64,000 bases of DNA from Callorhinchus milii (GCF_018977255.1 NW_024704772.1:868001-932000); one strand, 5' to 3'; positions 48,301-61,831 are shown, numbered from the stretch's first letter. Program-made: numbers and translations. Notes: a model not told the origin generated them from the sequence alone.

Positions 48301-51300
48301 TCCCAGTCAAATGCTTACCGAAGTCGGAGTGATCCCGCTTGTCGAAGAAAAGCTTGGAGCCAACGCGCTGCACGATGATGTCCCAGGAATAGACAGACCT
48401 GGTGCAGCACATCAGGGTGGCCAAGATGGCGTCCGTGGCGAACACGTTCCCTTGAGACTTGGCCAACTGCACGGACACAAAACAGCCGCTCAAGTCAGTC
48501 GATTCGGAGAGAAGGGTCACACACAGCGACGTAACCCACCACAAGCACGTTCACAGCAGAGAAAGACCTTCTTCCAGTTTTCTTTTTTGGACAAACAAGC
48601 AGTGCTCTCTCTCTCTCTCCCTCCCCCCCGCCCAGCCCCAAACCCCCACCCCCCCCATCTCAGCACTGCGCTCAAAAACCCTGACCGATTGGGGGAGCGG
48701 GGAGGGGGAGGCGGGGGTTTGAACTCTCAACCCTCTGCCCCAGACCCCAGCACCCTCCCTGAGCCCTGGGTTAAGCCCCCGTTGGGAGGCTGGCTTGGCG
48801 GGCTGTGCTGTGCCGGCCCGGCTCACCTTACGGATGACGGGATCGTCGGTGGTGGTGACCGTGTGGAAAATCCTCTTAATGCTCTTCAGCGTCCTCTCGT
48901 TCCTGGTGGTGACCCGGTCAAAGGCCTTGTCGTAGAACTCCAGGGCCCCACAGCTCTCTCTGCAGGTACAGCAACCAGCGGTCAGTGACCTAACCACAAC
49001 CCAGACACAACCCCAACCAGCGCCCCACAGCTCTCTCTGCACGCTCAGCAACCAGGGGTCAGGAGCCCACCTCCTCTCCCCCTCCCGCCCCGCCACCACT
49101 CACACTTACATGTCACTAGGTTCGGCCACTTCCATGTATCTCATCTTCATCAGCCGGGGGAAGTCCATCTCCTCCTTCACCTCCCAGTCGCTCCGCACTT
49201 CAACAGAGGAGTCGCGGGGCTTCAGCTGTGAGGAGAGCGCGTCAGTCAGTGACAGTGGCAGCCACAAGCAACCGCGTCGCGATATCGTCGTCGCACCCGC
49301 CAATACGCGTTGACCCATCGCAGGAAGTGCCCGCACGCAAGTGCCACACGTGCCCGAAAGGGTGGTTACCCAACCCCCGTGCACGGTTGCAGCACCGCAC
49401 CCAACTCGTCTCTGGGAAAAGGCTCGGAACAACAAGAGCATTGTATTTACGCAGCACCCCTCACACAGGGCAGAGTCCCAGAGCGCTTGACGGTGGCAGA
49501 GCACCACCCACCCCGAGCCGGGGGGAGGTGACCGTAGGCGCCGTCGAAGAGGAAGGTGATCTGAAGATGTGGAAGGAAGGGGCAAGTTTTATAAGCACAA
49601 GCGAGAGAGAGAAGGGGGGGAAACCCACCTGCGATTTCTGGTCCCACTTTTGCCGCACGCCAAACTGCTTCTGAAATTTCTTCTGCAGACGCAAGCGATC
49701 CCTGTGGGCAGGTAGGAGAACATCAAACGAGGACCGAAATTCAGACTCATTCTCCCCCCACCCCCTCCCACACACACACACACACACAAAGAGAGGAGTG
49801 TTTGGCGTCTCCAAGGCGCTGTTCTTGCTTCCACTGTTCGTCATGTTTGGAAGTCAACAACAACAAATGACATTTTACGTAGCGCATTTCACGTCGGGAG
49901 GACGTCCCAAGGCTCCGGACAGTCAGGGATTTTGACCCGAGCTGTGGTTTGGGAACAGGAGGGGTGGAGGGAGGGTAGTTAGTGGTGGTGGTGGGGGGGG
50001 TGACTGAATGTGCAGTCGAAGAGGAAGATCTTGGGATGGGCCTTGAAAGAGGCCGGGGAGGGGCTGAGGTGGAGGGACTGCGGGATGGAGTTCCAGAGAT
50101 CAGCGCCGGAGCGGGCAATCTCTCAGGCTCTCGGCTCAGCCTCTCGCTGGCCTGTCTTGCTCGCTCGCTCTCTCGCTCACCTCTCCTTCTGCTTGGCGCT
50201 CTTGGGAAGTGTCTGCATGTTAAACTGCAGCAGCTGCCTCCGGTCTTTCTCCCGTCGCATGTTCCTCTGCTGCAGGGGGGCAAAGGAGGAGAGCGGGTCA
50301 GGTCAATTCAGTGTCAACGGAAGCCGAGCGAGAAGGTCCCTCTGTGTCCTCGCTGCTCTGTGCTTGTCCGGTTGACGTTTACCTGAGCAAACCTCATCCT
50401 GTTCCTCTGGTACGCGCTCTTCTGTGTGCGGGCCGTGTCCACCAGCTGGAAGCTCGTCTCGTCCTCTCGTGGAAGTAGGCGTACTGGCTGCCGCCACCAA
50501 ACTGAGAGGAATATTTATCTGCGGAGGGTGGGGGGGGAGGAAAGAGAGAGATTCACGATCAGTTACAGCAGTGAAAACAGGCTCATGATCTTCGGGTCAG
50601 ACAATTGTGGGCTCAACGACCCGTGTCTGTGTTGTGGGCACAAAGTCTAGGCCAGTGCTCCAGCTTGGTTGTTGGGCGGGTTTGTGTGTAAGATCACAGT
50701 ACTTACTGGTGTACCGCTTGTCTTGATAAGTGGCTCCTGTCCAGTCAGCAACCTGGAAAATATTGGAGGAAACAAATTGAAGATGGAAAGCAATCTCCAG
50801 TTAAGGTCAAACCAATTGGGTCAAATCCCCCCCGTTCCATCTTGCTGCAACAATTTGTGTTTACACAGCGCCCCTCACACAGGGTAGCGTCCCAGAGCGC
50901 TTGACAGGGGCGGAGCACGATGCTGAGCCGGGGGGAGTTGACCGTAGGCCCAGTCAAGAGACGCAACCTGAAGATAGGGATGGAGGGGGCAAGGTGGAGG
51001 GATAGAGGAAGAGTGTTCCAGAGCTTTGGGGAGTAGTGAATCCATGCATTCGGTCACTTTCCTGCCCGTACCCTCCCTGCCCTCCTGATTCCCAACCCCC
51101 AGGTCCAAATCCCTGACAGTCTAGTCCATCCAACGCCTTGGGACATCCTCCCGACGTGAAAGGCACCGTGTAAATTCATTTAATGCGGCTGTTGTTACAA
51201 TCGTACAGCTATGTTTGACGACACCACCCGGCTGGGAGCGGACCCACTGGAGGAGAGAAGCCAAAGGAAAGCGAGTGAGGGCGGGTGTGTGGGATTACCA

Positions 51301-51460
51301 AGAAGGGGTTAAACCGCGCCCTGTGCGTGTCCCTTACCTTTCCCAGCCGGTCACCCTTGCTGAAAGGCTGGTACGGCATGTCCTTGAACTGTTCCGGCAC
51401 GGCACACGGGCCCCATCCGAAGGGATTGTCCTGGATGATGGGGGTCAGGAACCGCGCCAT
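45336..51460 (-). CDS. EIF3D: Eukaryotic translation initiation factor 3 subunit D, 14 coding exons, 548 aa after correcting one apparent 1-nt deletion
   Basis: Exons 51338-51460, 50707-50752, 50383-50518, 50181-50266, 49629-49701, 49110-49225, 48827-48959, 48319-48466, 48013-48143, 47439-47524, 47038-47167, 46665-46807, 45891-46083, 45336-45437: [18 protein letters not shown]...[22 protein letters not shown]...[15 protein letters not shown]...AA*. Confidence 0.96.
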
Positions 51461-52409
51461 CTCCCCAACCTGCAACACAGGCCAAGAGCGGGTTTAGAGA
51501 AGGACACAGCAGAGCAGAGACCGCCAGAGCCAGCAGCACCCTACCCAGCAGGGGCTGAGAGTTGCATAAGAACATAAGGATTGGCTTGGGAAAAGAAGAC
51601 CAAGGTCCATCTCGTTCGCCTTCCATCATCCTGGCAGTCGCTTGACATGTCGTGTCCCAAACTGCATATGAGCATCGAAGCATTGTCTCCCTGGAGGGAC
51701 ACACCCTGGATACTTAATTCCGGAAAGTAATAGGCACAGGTTGCAAGAGCCAAGGCTCGGGGGAGCCCAGTGTGTGCGTTGGGAGTAACTGCTGGAGTCT
51801 AACCAGCTGGAACCACATAGCTTGCCTTGATATCACTGCCTGTCCAAGCTTTCCCGCTGCTTGTCCAGCAAGGACCACCTTACCCATTAGGGCTTTGGCT
51901 GCGGGGTTAACAGGAGCCAAGTGGGAGGATTCCCTGCCCCAAGTGACCGGTCGGCCCTTCCAGGTCCTGCCGATGAGCCGGGCCGGGCTGCGCCGTCATG
52001 CGGCCCCTCCTGGCTCAGGAAATCAGCCTTTTATGTGGGATTGTGGAGGCGGCCGGAAAACGCCCACCGGTCTGACCCAGTGGTGACTTGCCTGACCGAT
52101 CGGGCTCACACCGGCGGTCAAACCGAGCCCTCGAGCAAGGGAGCAGAACTGTGGGGTGAGAAGCCCGAGAAAAACGACAACAACAACAACAACAACAACC
52201 CTGGCATTTATTACGGCGCCTCATCACGTCTCAGAGCCCTTCGCAGGATACGCCGTAAAGCGTAGTGACTGTGCGCTTTGTGGGCGAATGTGGCCGTATT
52301 GACGTGGGCAGAGCCACGTCTCCGCAAACAGCCGTGAGGAACGAACCAGCGATCGGGGGTTTGAGCCCCACATCGGGACTTAAGTCTAATCTGATGCTCC
52401 AATGCAGCG

Positions 52410-52790
52410 CTGGGGGTGGGGTGGGGGGGGGGGGGTGGGGTGGGGGGGGTGTTACATTGTCATTGGGGAGAAAGTGGGGGGAGGGGGTGGGGAGGGCAAT
52501 GGGGGGTGTGGGGGAGGGGGGCAATGGGGGGTGGGGAGAGCAATGGGGGGGGGTTATGGGGGAGGCAATGGGGGGGGGGGCAATGGGGGGGTGGGCTATG
52601 GGGGGCAATGGGGGGGTGGGCTATGGGGGCAATGGGGGGTGGGCTATGGGGGGGGTGGGCTATGGGGGGGCAATGGGGGGGTGGCTATGGGGGGCAATGG
52701 GGGGGTGGGCTATGGGGGGCAATGGGGGGGGTGGGCTATGGGGGTAATGGAGGGGTGGGGGGCAGTGGGGGGGGGGGAGGGGGGGACAAG
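52410..52790. repeat. G-rich minisatellite (GGGGGCAATGGGGGGGTGGGCTAT)n in EIF3D intron 1
   Basis: Directly visible tandem units with runs of 3-10 G. Confidence 0.9.
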
Positions 52791-52968
52791 GCTCCACAGG
52801 TTACCACAGGCCCCACATTCCCGGGGAACCCTCTCGGCGGCTCCGTCTGAGGTGGAAACCGCACGACGCAAAACACGAGTCATCCGAGTCAACACAGACA
52901 CTAACGGTAACGGTGTCCCCCCCCCGGGGACCCCCCCTCCCCCCGGGGTTCCCGCTGTGCTGATTTAC

Positions 52969-53330
52969 CTGCGTTTTGCCCCCGAATTCGGCGGATGGCG
53001 ACGGATTACAAAAACCCGAGAGCGCGAGAGAGAGAGAGAGAGAGAGCGCGAGAGAGAGGGGACGGGGACGGCGCCTCACTGCCGCCAAACCGCACTCTCG
53101 CGACACTGTCGCAAAAGGGCGGGGGCTGCGTTTCTAAAACGCCCCCCGAAACGCTGCTGTTCGGTCTCTCACCGACCGAACCGGCGAGGAAGCAACTCGG
53201 GAAAGCCGCTCCCGCCGCCCGTTCCGAAACCGGCCCTCTCTTTCTGGGGTGGGAGGGGGGGGAAACTTCAACCGACTTGCTTTACGGCAGTGGGGCAGCC
53301 ACGGTGGCCCCAGTTCTTGCAGGGCCGACA
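52969..53330 (-). promoter_or_regulatory. EIF3D non-coding first exon with pyrimidine (TOP-like) start region and CpG-island promoter
   Basis: Donor CAG|GTAAAT at 52969/52968; (CT)n tract on the minus strand ~53020-53058; CpG-rich surroundings; the next exon's acceptor lies 9 nt before the ATG. Confidence 0.65.
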
Positions 53331-55306
53331 AGGAGCTGACGAAGGGGTGGCAAGATGGGGCTTGGCGCCTGTCTCCATCACCTCCCCCCCCCACTGGGCT
53401 TGGAGGACTGACATCATGGCATCTTTTTCTCTCTCTCTCTCATTTCAGCGCTGCCCCAGCTCCAGGTGCAAAAACGCACAGTCACTACACTAACACTACA
53501 CTACACACCACTTCGCGGTGCAGTCCTGCGAAGCGCTTTGAAGGCGGTCTCTCCCGATGCGAAAGGCGCCGTGTGTCACTAATGATAATAATAATAATAA
53601 TAATCCTTGCATTTCTCAAGCAAGTTTATTTTTATTATTATTTATTATTATTTATTATTATTAAGTTTATTATTTCTCAAGCGACTTCAGTCGTTCCTCC
53701 CCCCCCTCCCCCCATCCACCCCCCTTCCTGCCCTCCACCCCTCCTGATCCCAAACCCCAGCTCGGGTCCAAATCCCTGACTGTCCAGCGCCTTGGGTCGT
53801 ATTCCAAAGACAAACGGAAAAGTCATGATATTTTTCCAACCGTGACACATCTGCAGCGAGAATTATTATTATTATTATTATTACATTATTAGTGATCAAT
53901 AATCACGTGAACCTTACAATCTGACGCCTCCATCCCGTGGTCGGGACGTCCGAGAGCGCCTCACAGGGTTTTACCGTGACTTGCGGAGACTGTGTGAATT
54001 TCGCGGGTGATGCATACGTAGAAACGCGAGAAAAAAATAGCCCAGAGAACCATCGAGGTGCCGGCTCTCGAGGGTAAATTTACAATTGTCACGTTGATTG
54101 AACGTTTTGATAGCACCCATCAGCTGGGGAAAATTTACTCCATTTGCAATCCTCCCCCAAGACCACTAGATGGTATTTTACCTTAATTTCGGGTTTCAAA
54201 CAGTTCACCCCGGGCACATCGTAATAATAATAATAATAGTAATAATCCTTGCATTTGTTGTAGCACCTTATCATGTCATTCAGACACCCAAAGCCCTTCA
54301 CAGGATATTTTGTAAAAAAAAAATCGATCAGCCGGGTGTCTGACACATGTGGGAAACCCAAACCAAACAGAGAATTCCACGCATCCCACCGACACACGTA
54401 AATCCCTGAGAAAGACTGTTCAAATGGAATGCGCTCTCTCTCTCTTTCTCCCTGTTGGGACACATCCCGCTTACCTAATTCCGTACAATATTAGGCAAAG
54501 GTTGGCAAGAGCCAAGGCTCTCACTGAAACTAACGTCAACTGAGAGTTGTCCCCCACCCCACCCCAGACTGAGGAGTGGCGTGTGGTGACTATGTGTTTT
54601 GTGGGTCATCTTAAACATTAAGACAAAAACAGCCTCACAGACTGAGTGAGATTCGGGATGAAATTTCAAGCCGTTTTATTATTATTATTATCTAACAATC
54701 CGCCCAGCAGTTATTAAAAAATAGACATATTTATACTGTACATATGGAAAATATTTCATTGACAAATGCTCTGACTTCTGAGAAGGCAGGACTCAGTTTT
54801 AAAAGTTATCATTCCCTCTTTCTCCTCTACCGATCGCCCCATCATTCTTTCCTTACCCTCTCCCCCTCCCATTCCCCATCATTCCCGCTCTATCCCCTCT
54901 CTCCCCCTCCTCAGTCTCTTGTTTCACCCCATCCTATTTTGTTCAACAAAGTTCCGGTCCCTCTGACATGGGAGATAGAGCAGAACAGGTGTTTGTGTGA
55001 GTGTGTGGGGGTGCACTGGGGTGCACCGGGGTGCACTGGGGTGTGTACATGTGTGAGCGAGAATATGCATCACTTCCACCTCAGTCTAAAAACAATCATA
55101 AAACAAACCCCATACGAAACAGACACTGAGAAACATCACAGAGAACTGAAGGTGGGATAATATTTTAAGGATGGGGGGCGGGGAAGAGAGGGGAGGGTCT
55201 CTTGTTTCACCCCTTTGTTGCCCTACAACTGCGCCCCCCACCCAAGACATTTCATAGTCATTCCCCACCCCCAACACACACACTCTCCCCATGATCTCTC
55301 CTCCTC

Positions 55307-55918
55307 TCAGGAGACGGTACATTTTTCCTTCTTCTTGGACTTGGTGGTGGTTGTGCTGCCTTCTCTGCTTAGAGCTCGNNNNNNNNNNNNNNNNNNNNNN
55401 NNNNNNNNNNNNNNNNNNNNNNNNNNNNNNNNNNNNNNNNNNNNNNNNNNNNNNNNNNNNNNNNNNNNNNNNNNNNNNNNNNNNNNNNNNNNNNNNNNNN
55501 NNNNNNNNNNNNNNNNNCAAGTGAGAAAGTGAGAGAGAGACAAGTGACATGAGCAGTGCTGATAGAGTGTGAGCAGTGCTGATAGAGAGTGTGAGCAGTG
55601 CTGAGAGAGTGTGTGAGCAGTGCTGAGAGAGAGTGTGAGCAATGCTGAGAGAGCGTGAGCAGTACTGAGAGAGTGTGAGCAATGCTGAGAGTGAGTGTGA
55701 GCAGCGCTGAGAGAGAGTATGAGCAGCGCTGAGAGAGAGTGTGAGCAATACTGAGAGAGAGTGTGAGCTGTGCTGAGAGAGAGTGTGAGCAGTGCTGAGA
55801 GAGAGTATGAGCAGTGCTGAGAGTGTGAGCAGTGCTGAGAGAGTGTGAGCAATGTTGAGAGTGAGTGTGAGCAATGCTGAGAGTGTGAGCAGTGCTGAAA
55901 GAGAGAGAGTGTGAGCAT

Positions 55919-55949
<31 letters not shown>

Positions 55950-58900
55950 CCCCTGCGTGGGCCGGTACCTGGATTCTTTGCATCCTCCTTGCCCTCCTCT
56001 TTGGCCCGCTTTTGTTTCCTGGTGCTCTTCCTGGCTGGGTTGGTGTTGGGGGCCGGCCTGGCTCCGGGTCCCCTGGAGATCACAATGTCCGTGAAGGGGT
56101 CCGGCTCGGGCTCCTCGAGGCCCTTGACGTCGTAGCGTTGCAGCCAATCCATGATAGTCTGGTTCCTCTTCTCTTCGTCGTCCGTCTCCTTCTTGCTGCG
56201 AGTCAGTGTGCTCCCCCGGCGCTCCCTGGTCAGTACGCTGTTCTCGGGCTTCAGCTCCAGCCCCCCAGGCCCCAGCTCGCCGGTCGAGGAGGACCTGTTG
56301 GAGATCACCAACTGGTACTTTGGGTTGTAGAGCTTCCTCTTGAGGTGGTCTGAGTGAGGGGGGGAGTTGCTTGCTCTGGGGAGGGCCTGGAAGTGGGAGA
56401 AGCCCTTCTGGATGCCCAGCCTGACGTGCAGGTCAACGGGGGCCGAATCTGCATACAGCTCGCGGAACAGAGTGTCAAAGCTCTCCACCGCCTGTCCTGT
56501 CAGCATGGTCACCACACAGCGGTGCAGACGCCAGTAACTCCAGGTGTAACTAGAAAGCGAAAGAGAGAGACAGCGAGAGAGAGAGAGGAGAGAGAGAGAG
56601 AGACAGCGAGAGAGAAACACAGAGACACAGAGAGAGGGAGAGAGAGGGGGAGAATCATCATAATAATCCTTGCATTTGATACAGAGCCTTATCACGTCGT
56701 CGAGACGTCTCAAAGCACTTCACAGAATAAACTGTAGAGTGAATTGACTTTTGTGGGCAAAACACGGCAGCCAGTTGCGCACAGCAGGGTCCCCACGAAC
56801 AGTCGTGGATTGAAGTGACCACATTATTATTAATTTTTTTTTGTGGAGGGATTGTTAGCCCCGGAAAAGTAATCTGCCGATCGACTAACAAGCGGGTTCC
56901 TACTTACTGCTGGTAAACAGAGGCGTGTGCACGTGTGTGTGCGCGTGTGTGTGTGTGTGTGGAGTCAGGAAACTTGCCCAACGATTCATCTACCTGGGAA
57001 TCGAACCCAGGTCCTCTGGCTTGCGAGGGCGAGCTCTCTAACCACCGAGATACAGGGACTCCACAAGTCGTGGAGAGCGTTGGAGAGAGTAGTGGTTAGC
57101 TCGCTCGACTGTGCAGGTACCTGTAAGAGCCGGACACGACTTTGTCACCGTCCACGAAGATGAACTTGTGGGCGAGATCTCCCCTCACCTGCCCCGAGCT
57201 CAGCCCCAGCCCCAGGCCAGATATTGAGCGCACTCTCAGCTTCTGTAATGCAGTATAGCACAGTGTCAGCAGGAAATGCCACTCAGCTCTCACACCAACA
57301 CTCTCGCTCACATTCTCACTCTCACCTTCCCGCTAACCCTCTCCCCCTCTCACTCTTGCACTCGCACTCTCTCTCTGGCTCACATTCTCTCTCTCTCTTC
57401 TCTCTCTCTCTCTCGCTCACTCACTCACTCACTCACACTCACTCTCCCGGGCGCACTCATTCCCTCTTACACTCTCACACTCCCTCTCGCACGCTCACCC
57501 TTCTCACTCACACTTTCTCTCCCTTACTCTTACGCTCTCTCACACACTCTCTCTCCCCGCCATCCTCCCCCACCCACTCTCTCACTCCCTGTCTCTGAGC
57601 TGTCACCCTCTCTCCCACTCTCTCTCTCCCTCCCTCCCTCCACCTCTCGCTCTCTGTCACTCACTCGGATTAGCAGGTGGTTGAGCTGGAGTGAGCAGCA
57701 CATGTGTAGAAAGCCGTCCAGGCTGCTGTGCTGGAGGATGATGTAAACAGGAATCAACCGTTTGTAACTGGCTTCCAGCAGGTCCTGGAATATGTTCACG
57801 TCCGTCAGGTCATCCATGACCAGGGCGATCATCTGCACACACAACAGATGGACATGTCAGTGACACGCGACACAGACACGTCAGTAACACACAACACACA
57901 GCCGTGTCAGTGACACACACACATATACACACATACATAGTCACACACACATACCATATACATATGCACAAACTCAGACACACGCACACTACGTACACAC
58001 ATACCACACACACAGACATACGCACACAAGAAAGGACAGTGATTTGCATGTTAAATCTAAGGGGAATTTGGGAAGGGTGTGGGAGAGAGTGAGGAATGAG
58101 ATGGAGACTCATGTCAAATATAAACACCGTCACGGACTGGTTGGGCCAAGTGGCCTCTTAACACAAACTCAGGGAAAATGGGATTAGTCTCGTGTCACAT
58201 AGGAATTCCCTGCCTTGAGCTGTCTACCAGTCAGAGTGTGACACAGGCCCAGGTAATGTTGCACAAGAGAATTCAATGTGTGAAAGGAAGTTTTACCCAC
58301 ACGAATGAGATGGGTGGGAGGGAGGGAGGGAGGGAAAAGATGTCTCACAAACTGCAGCGAGTAAATAACACACATTATTGTCGTAAGAGTCAACCTTCAC
58401 TGGAGAACAAAAGGAAAAGGAGAGAGAAAAAAACTGGCCAGACAACAAATCACGTAAAGGGACACCACCTTCCCATGTGCTTAGAGCCTTTGACAAACGT
58501 GTACTTGTTTGGGGAGGAGGCGGCTCTGTATATTCCTGGCACTGGCAAATACTCAGAGATGCTGAAGCGAGATTCCCGTCCGGGAAGACATTAACGTTGC
58601 CCTCTGTCATTCATGGCCAGCCTCAAGACCTTCCTCTTCAATCATGACCTCAGTTATCCCCTGTCCCTACCCGTCCCCTCCTTGCCCTCTACCCATCTAT
58701 TGACTCCAACCCGCAGCTCGAGTGCAAACCCGTCTCGCGCCTTGGGACGTCCTCCCGACGTGAAAGGCGTTATGAAGTGCAGTTTGTTTTTGAACCCACA
58801 ACCTTCTGCCTCAAGAGGTGAGAGCTCTAACCGTAACAGCCTGACACACCACTGACACACCACTGACACATCAGCCAGAGTTAAATAAAATAATAACAAA

Positions 58901-59613
58901 TGACGTTTACACGGCGCCTTTCACATCTGGAGGATGTCCCAAGTCCCTGGACAGTCGGGCATTTGGACCTGAGCTGGGGGTTGGGATCAGGAGGGGTGGA
59001 GGGAGGGCAAGGAGGGTGGGATGTAGGAGGGTGACTGAAGGCCTGGTTGAAGAAGAGATGGGCCTTGAAGGAGACAAGGGTGGGGGCCAAGGTGAAGGAA
59101 CTGGGGGATGGAGTTTCAAAGGGTGCCCACAATCCTGTCTCGGTGAAGATGGACATACGTGTTTCCTGGCCTCACCTTGCTGGCCCCCTGGATGAGGTTG
59201 CGGATGATCTCCTTGATGAAGGGCTCCCCGTATTTGGGAGGGTGAGTGTGCACGGCCACTCGGGTCACCCCCCGGTAGGCCACGCTATCCAACCAGCCCA
59301 GGTCCAGCATGGGGATGGGTGTGTCGCTCTTCTCCGGCCAGTAGGTCAACGATCCATCCTCCACCTCGCCCCCGTCGCCCTCCTTGCCCTCCCCGTACCG
59401 CTGCCACCTCTTGCGGATCTTCTTGGCCTCTTTGGGGGAGATAAAATGCTTGCTTTCCTTCAACACCTCCTTCAAGTCACTCTCTCCCTCCTCTACCACC
59501 AACTTCTCCACAGCCAATCTCTGCTGCTCGCTGTAGAAATAATCTGCTCTCGACTCGCTGATCTTTTTGTTAACGTAACTGTCCTCCAAACAGGCGAGTT
59601 GGGAGTCCCCCAT
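55307..59613 (-). CDS. FAM83F: FAM83F (DUF1669 CK1-scaffold protein); last exon interrupted by an assembly gap
   Basis: Exons 59176-59613, 57665-57832, 57121-57242, 55969-56549 and terminal fragment 55307-55378: MGDSQLACLEDSYVN...SLTYWPEKSD.PIPMLDLGW...HKFIFVDGD...ESFDTLFRELY...KKEKCTVS*. Same-strand neighbour of GRAP2, as in human. Confidence 0.9.
55548..55948. repeat. Minisatellite (GAGAGTGTGAGCAGTGCT)n with variable GA count in FAM83F intron 4
   Basis: About 18-24-nt units repeated up to the N gap; causes the spurious LSALLT/SQHCSH ORFs. Confidence 0.92.
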
Positions 59614-61831
59614 GTCCTTGAGCTCACAACGTTCCTCTGTCTCTCTCTCTCTCCCCCTCCCTTCCCCCCAGCTAGATCTTTAGTCCTACCTGGCTGATGT
59701 GATGCAACAAAATAAAGAAAAGTAAGCCGTAGCCAGAGACGAGAGTCGGAGCCAAAGCTAAAGAGCAACGTAAAGCTGGCGATTGATCCAGTTTGCAGTC
59801 ATCAAGGTCGGATCCAAAAGCCAAAATAAACTTCCTTATTACTTCTCTGCCTAAGGTGTTCCCATCAGGTGGAGCTGAGCTCTGTGTCTCTCCTATTAAA
59901 AGCTTTCCTTTTCGTTCCAACTTCACTCCAAGGACTGGATTGGAGATAGTGTTGTCTCCTCCCCCTCTCCTGTCTTCTCCCTCCCTCCTGTGCCATTCCA
60001 CCCTGTTGACTCTTAAAAGATAAGGAAACTTCGCAATTGAAGGCAGAGTTCAAAATACACCTCATCCACCATATCCCTCCCAGGGCTATGTTTCGGTTTC
60101 TCTTGTGCGGTGTGAAGGTTGATTGTAGGGGGGGGGGTGGAATTATGATACCCCTTATCGGAATAATTATACCCCTTATTCAGCCGCCGCAAGCCTTGTC
60201 CTCTGGTTCTACTGTTCGGTACAAGATAAAACAGCTTACTACGATCTACGTTATCTAGTCCCTTCAGAATCTTAAAGACCACAATCATACAATAATAATC
60301 CTTGCACTTGATATAGCTCCTTATCACGTTCTTTGAGACGTCTCGAAGCACTTCACGGAATATACTGTTAAGTGATTTGGCTGTGTATTTAGTGGGCGAA
60401 ACACAGCAGGCAATTGCGTACAGCAGCGTCCCACAACCAGTCGTGGATTGAGTGACCAAATAATTCTTTTTTTAAAAAAATAAGAGCTTGGTTGAATAAC
60501 GATAATATTTGACACAGGGCCTTCCTTATCACGTCATTGAGAAGTCTCAAAGCACTTCAGAAAAACACTTGTCACGACACAGAAAAGTGTTGTGACCGTG
60601 TGGGCAAAATGTCTCACCCGAAGCACGGCATCTCTGACAACACAGCATACCCCCTCAGCACTGTACTGTGTCAGCGTAGACTGTACGAGTTCCAAGTCCC
60701 TGCTGTGGGTGGGGGGGGGGCTTGAACCCACAACCTCAGAGGTGAGAGCGTAACCGATGTGAGCCAGGCTGCCACGCACGGCCTGTTTGTTCCCGGTAAC
60801 AGATGACGTATGCTGTTGACCTATATGTTTTGCCTGTTCTGAGCCGGTTCATTGTCAAGAGCAACCAAACCCGTCTGACCGGGCTTTCTGGTGAAGGCAC
60901 GCAGGTGCTTTTTGGGAGAAAAATGTAGCAGTGACTGATGTCAACCCAAGATTTATTTATTTTGGTCGGTGATAATTAGTTTCAGCGTCTGTAGAGCTAA
61001 CATAAATCTTGCATTGGATACACCATCAATCATCATAATATTATCTTAATGATAATCGTTGCATTTGATAAGAGCGCCTTATCGCATTGTGGAGACGTCA
61101 CAAAGCACTTCCCATGATAGACTGTAACGTGTAGTGACTTTGTATTTTGTGGGCGAAACGCGGCAGCCAATGTACACAGCAGTGACATGTTAACCTCTGG
61201 GGCTGGGCTAAAACCCCCCATTTATACCTGTGTAAGCTCCTAGTTTATATTACAATCACACCACCTCTCCCCCCTCTCACACACTCACACACATACACAC
61301 AAAAATACCCACACAATTCTGCAGTTTCGTCTTGATTTAGAAGCCAGCTGCTTCTCAATAACAGCACAACATGGGCAGGATGTGGAGGTGACATGATTTT
61401 TTTTATTTAAGAGGCTCTTTTGTGTGTGTTTGTGTGGGGGGGGTGGGGGAGGTGCAATATATAGAAAAGAAAGAGGATAGGATAAGGGGAGGATGGGGAC
61501 AGGGAGGATAAAGGGTGAGACTGGAGGATTGAGAAAGGATGGAGGAAGGGTGGGAGGGGAGGAGAAGGTGAGTGGAGGGGAGGGCAGGGTTGTGGTAGGG
61601 GCAAATCAGAGGGGCTTCTTCATCCAGGTCTGGCAGCAGAGAAGCAATCCTTGGCCATCAGTCCATCGAGACAAGTATGACCCCAGCCCTCACCCACCAC
61701 CCCCCTGTTGACCATAACACTGGCATCTCAAATAGGTCCCAATCATCTTCCAATTTGGCGGCAAGGGCATGGGTGAGTTACTACGAGCTCACAAGGAGCT
61801 CACAAGTCACAAGTTTGGGACAGACAAGAGT

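Noticed and set aside
45336-51460. EIF3D as a pseudogene
   Set aside because: Only one lesion; all splice sites, the promoter and the protein sequence are conserved, so an assembly error is more parsimonious.
52231-53493. Long Gly/Pro-rich ORFs
   Set aside because: Produced by the G-rich minisatellite and CpG island of EIF3D intron 1/exon 1.
55086-55983. Long ORFs with LSALLT/SQHCSH repeats; superficially CRISPR-like periodicity
   Set aside because: Intronic minisatellite plus N gap; no unique spacers, and eukaryotic context.
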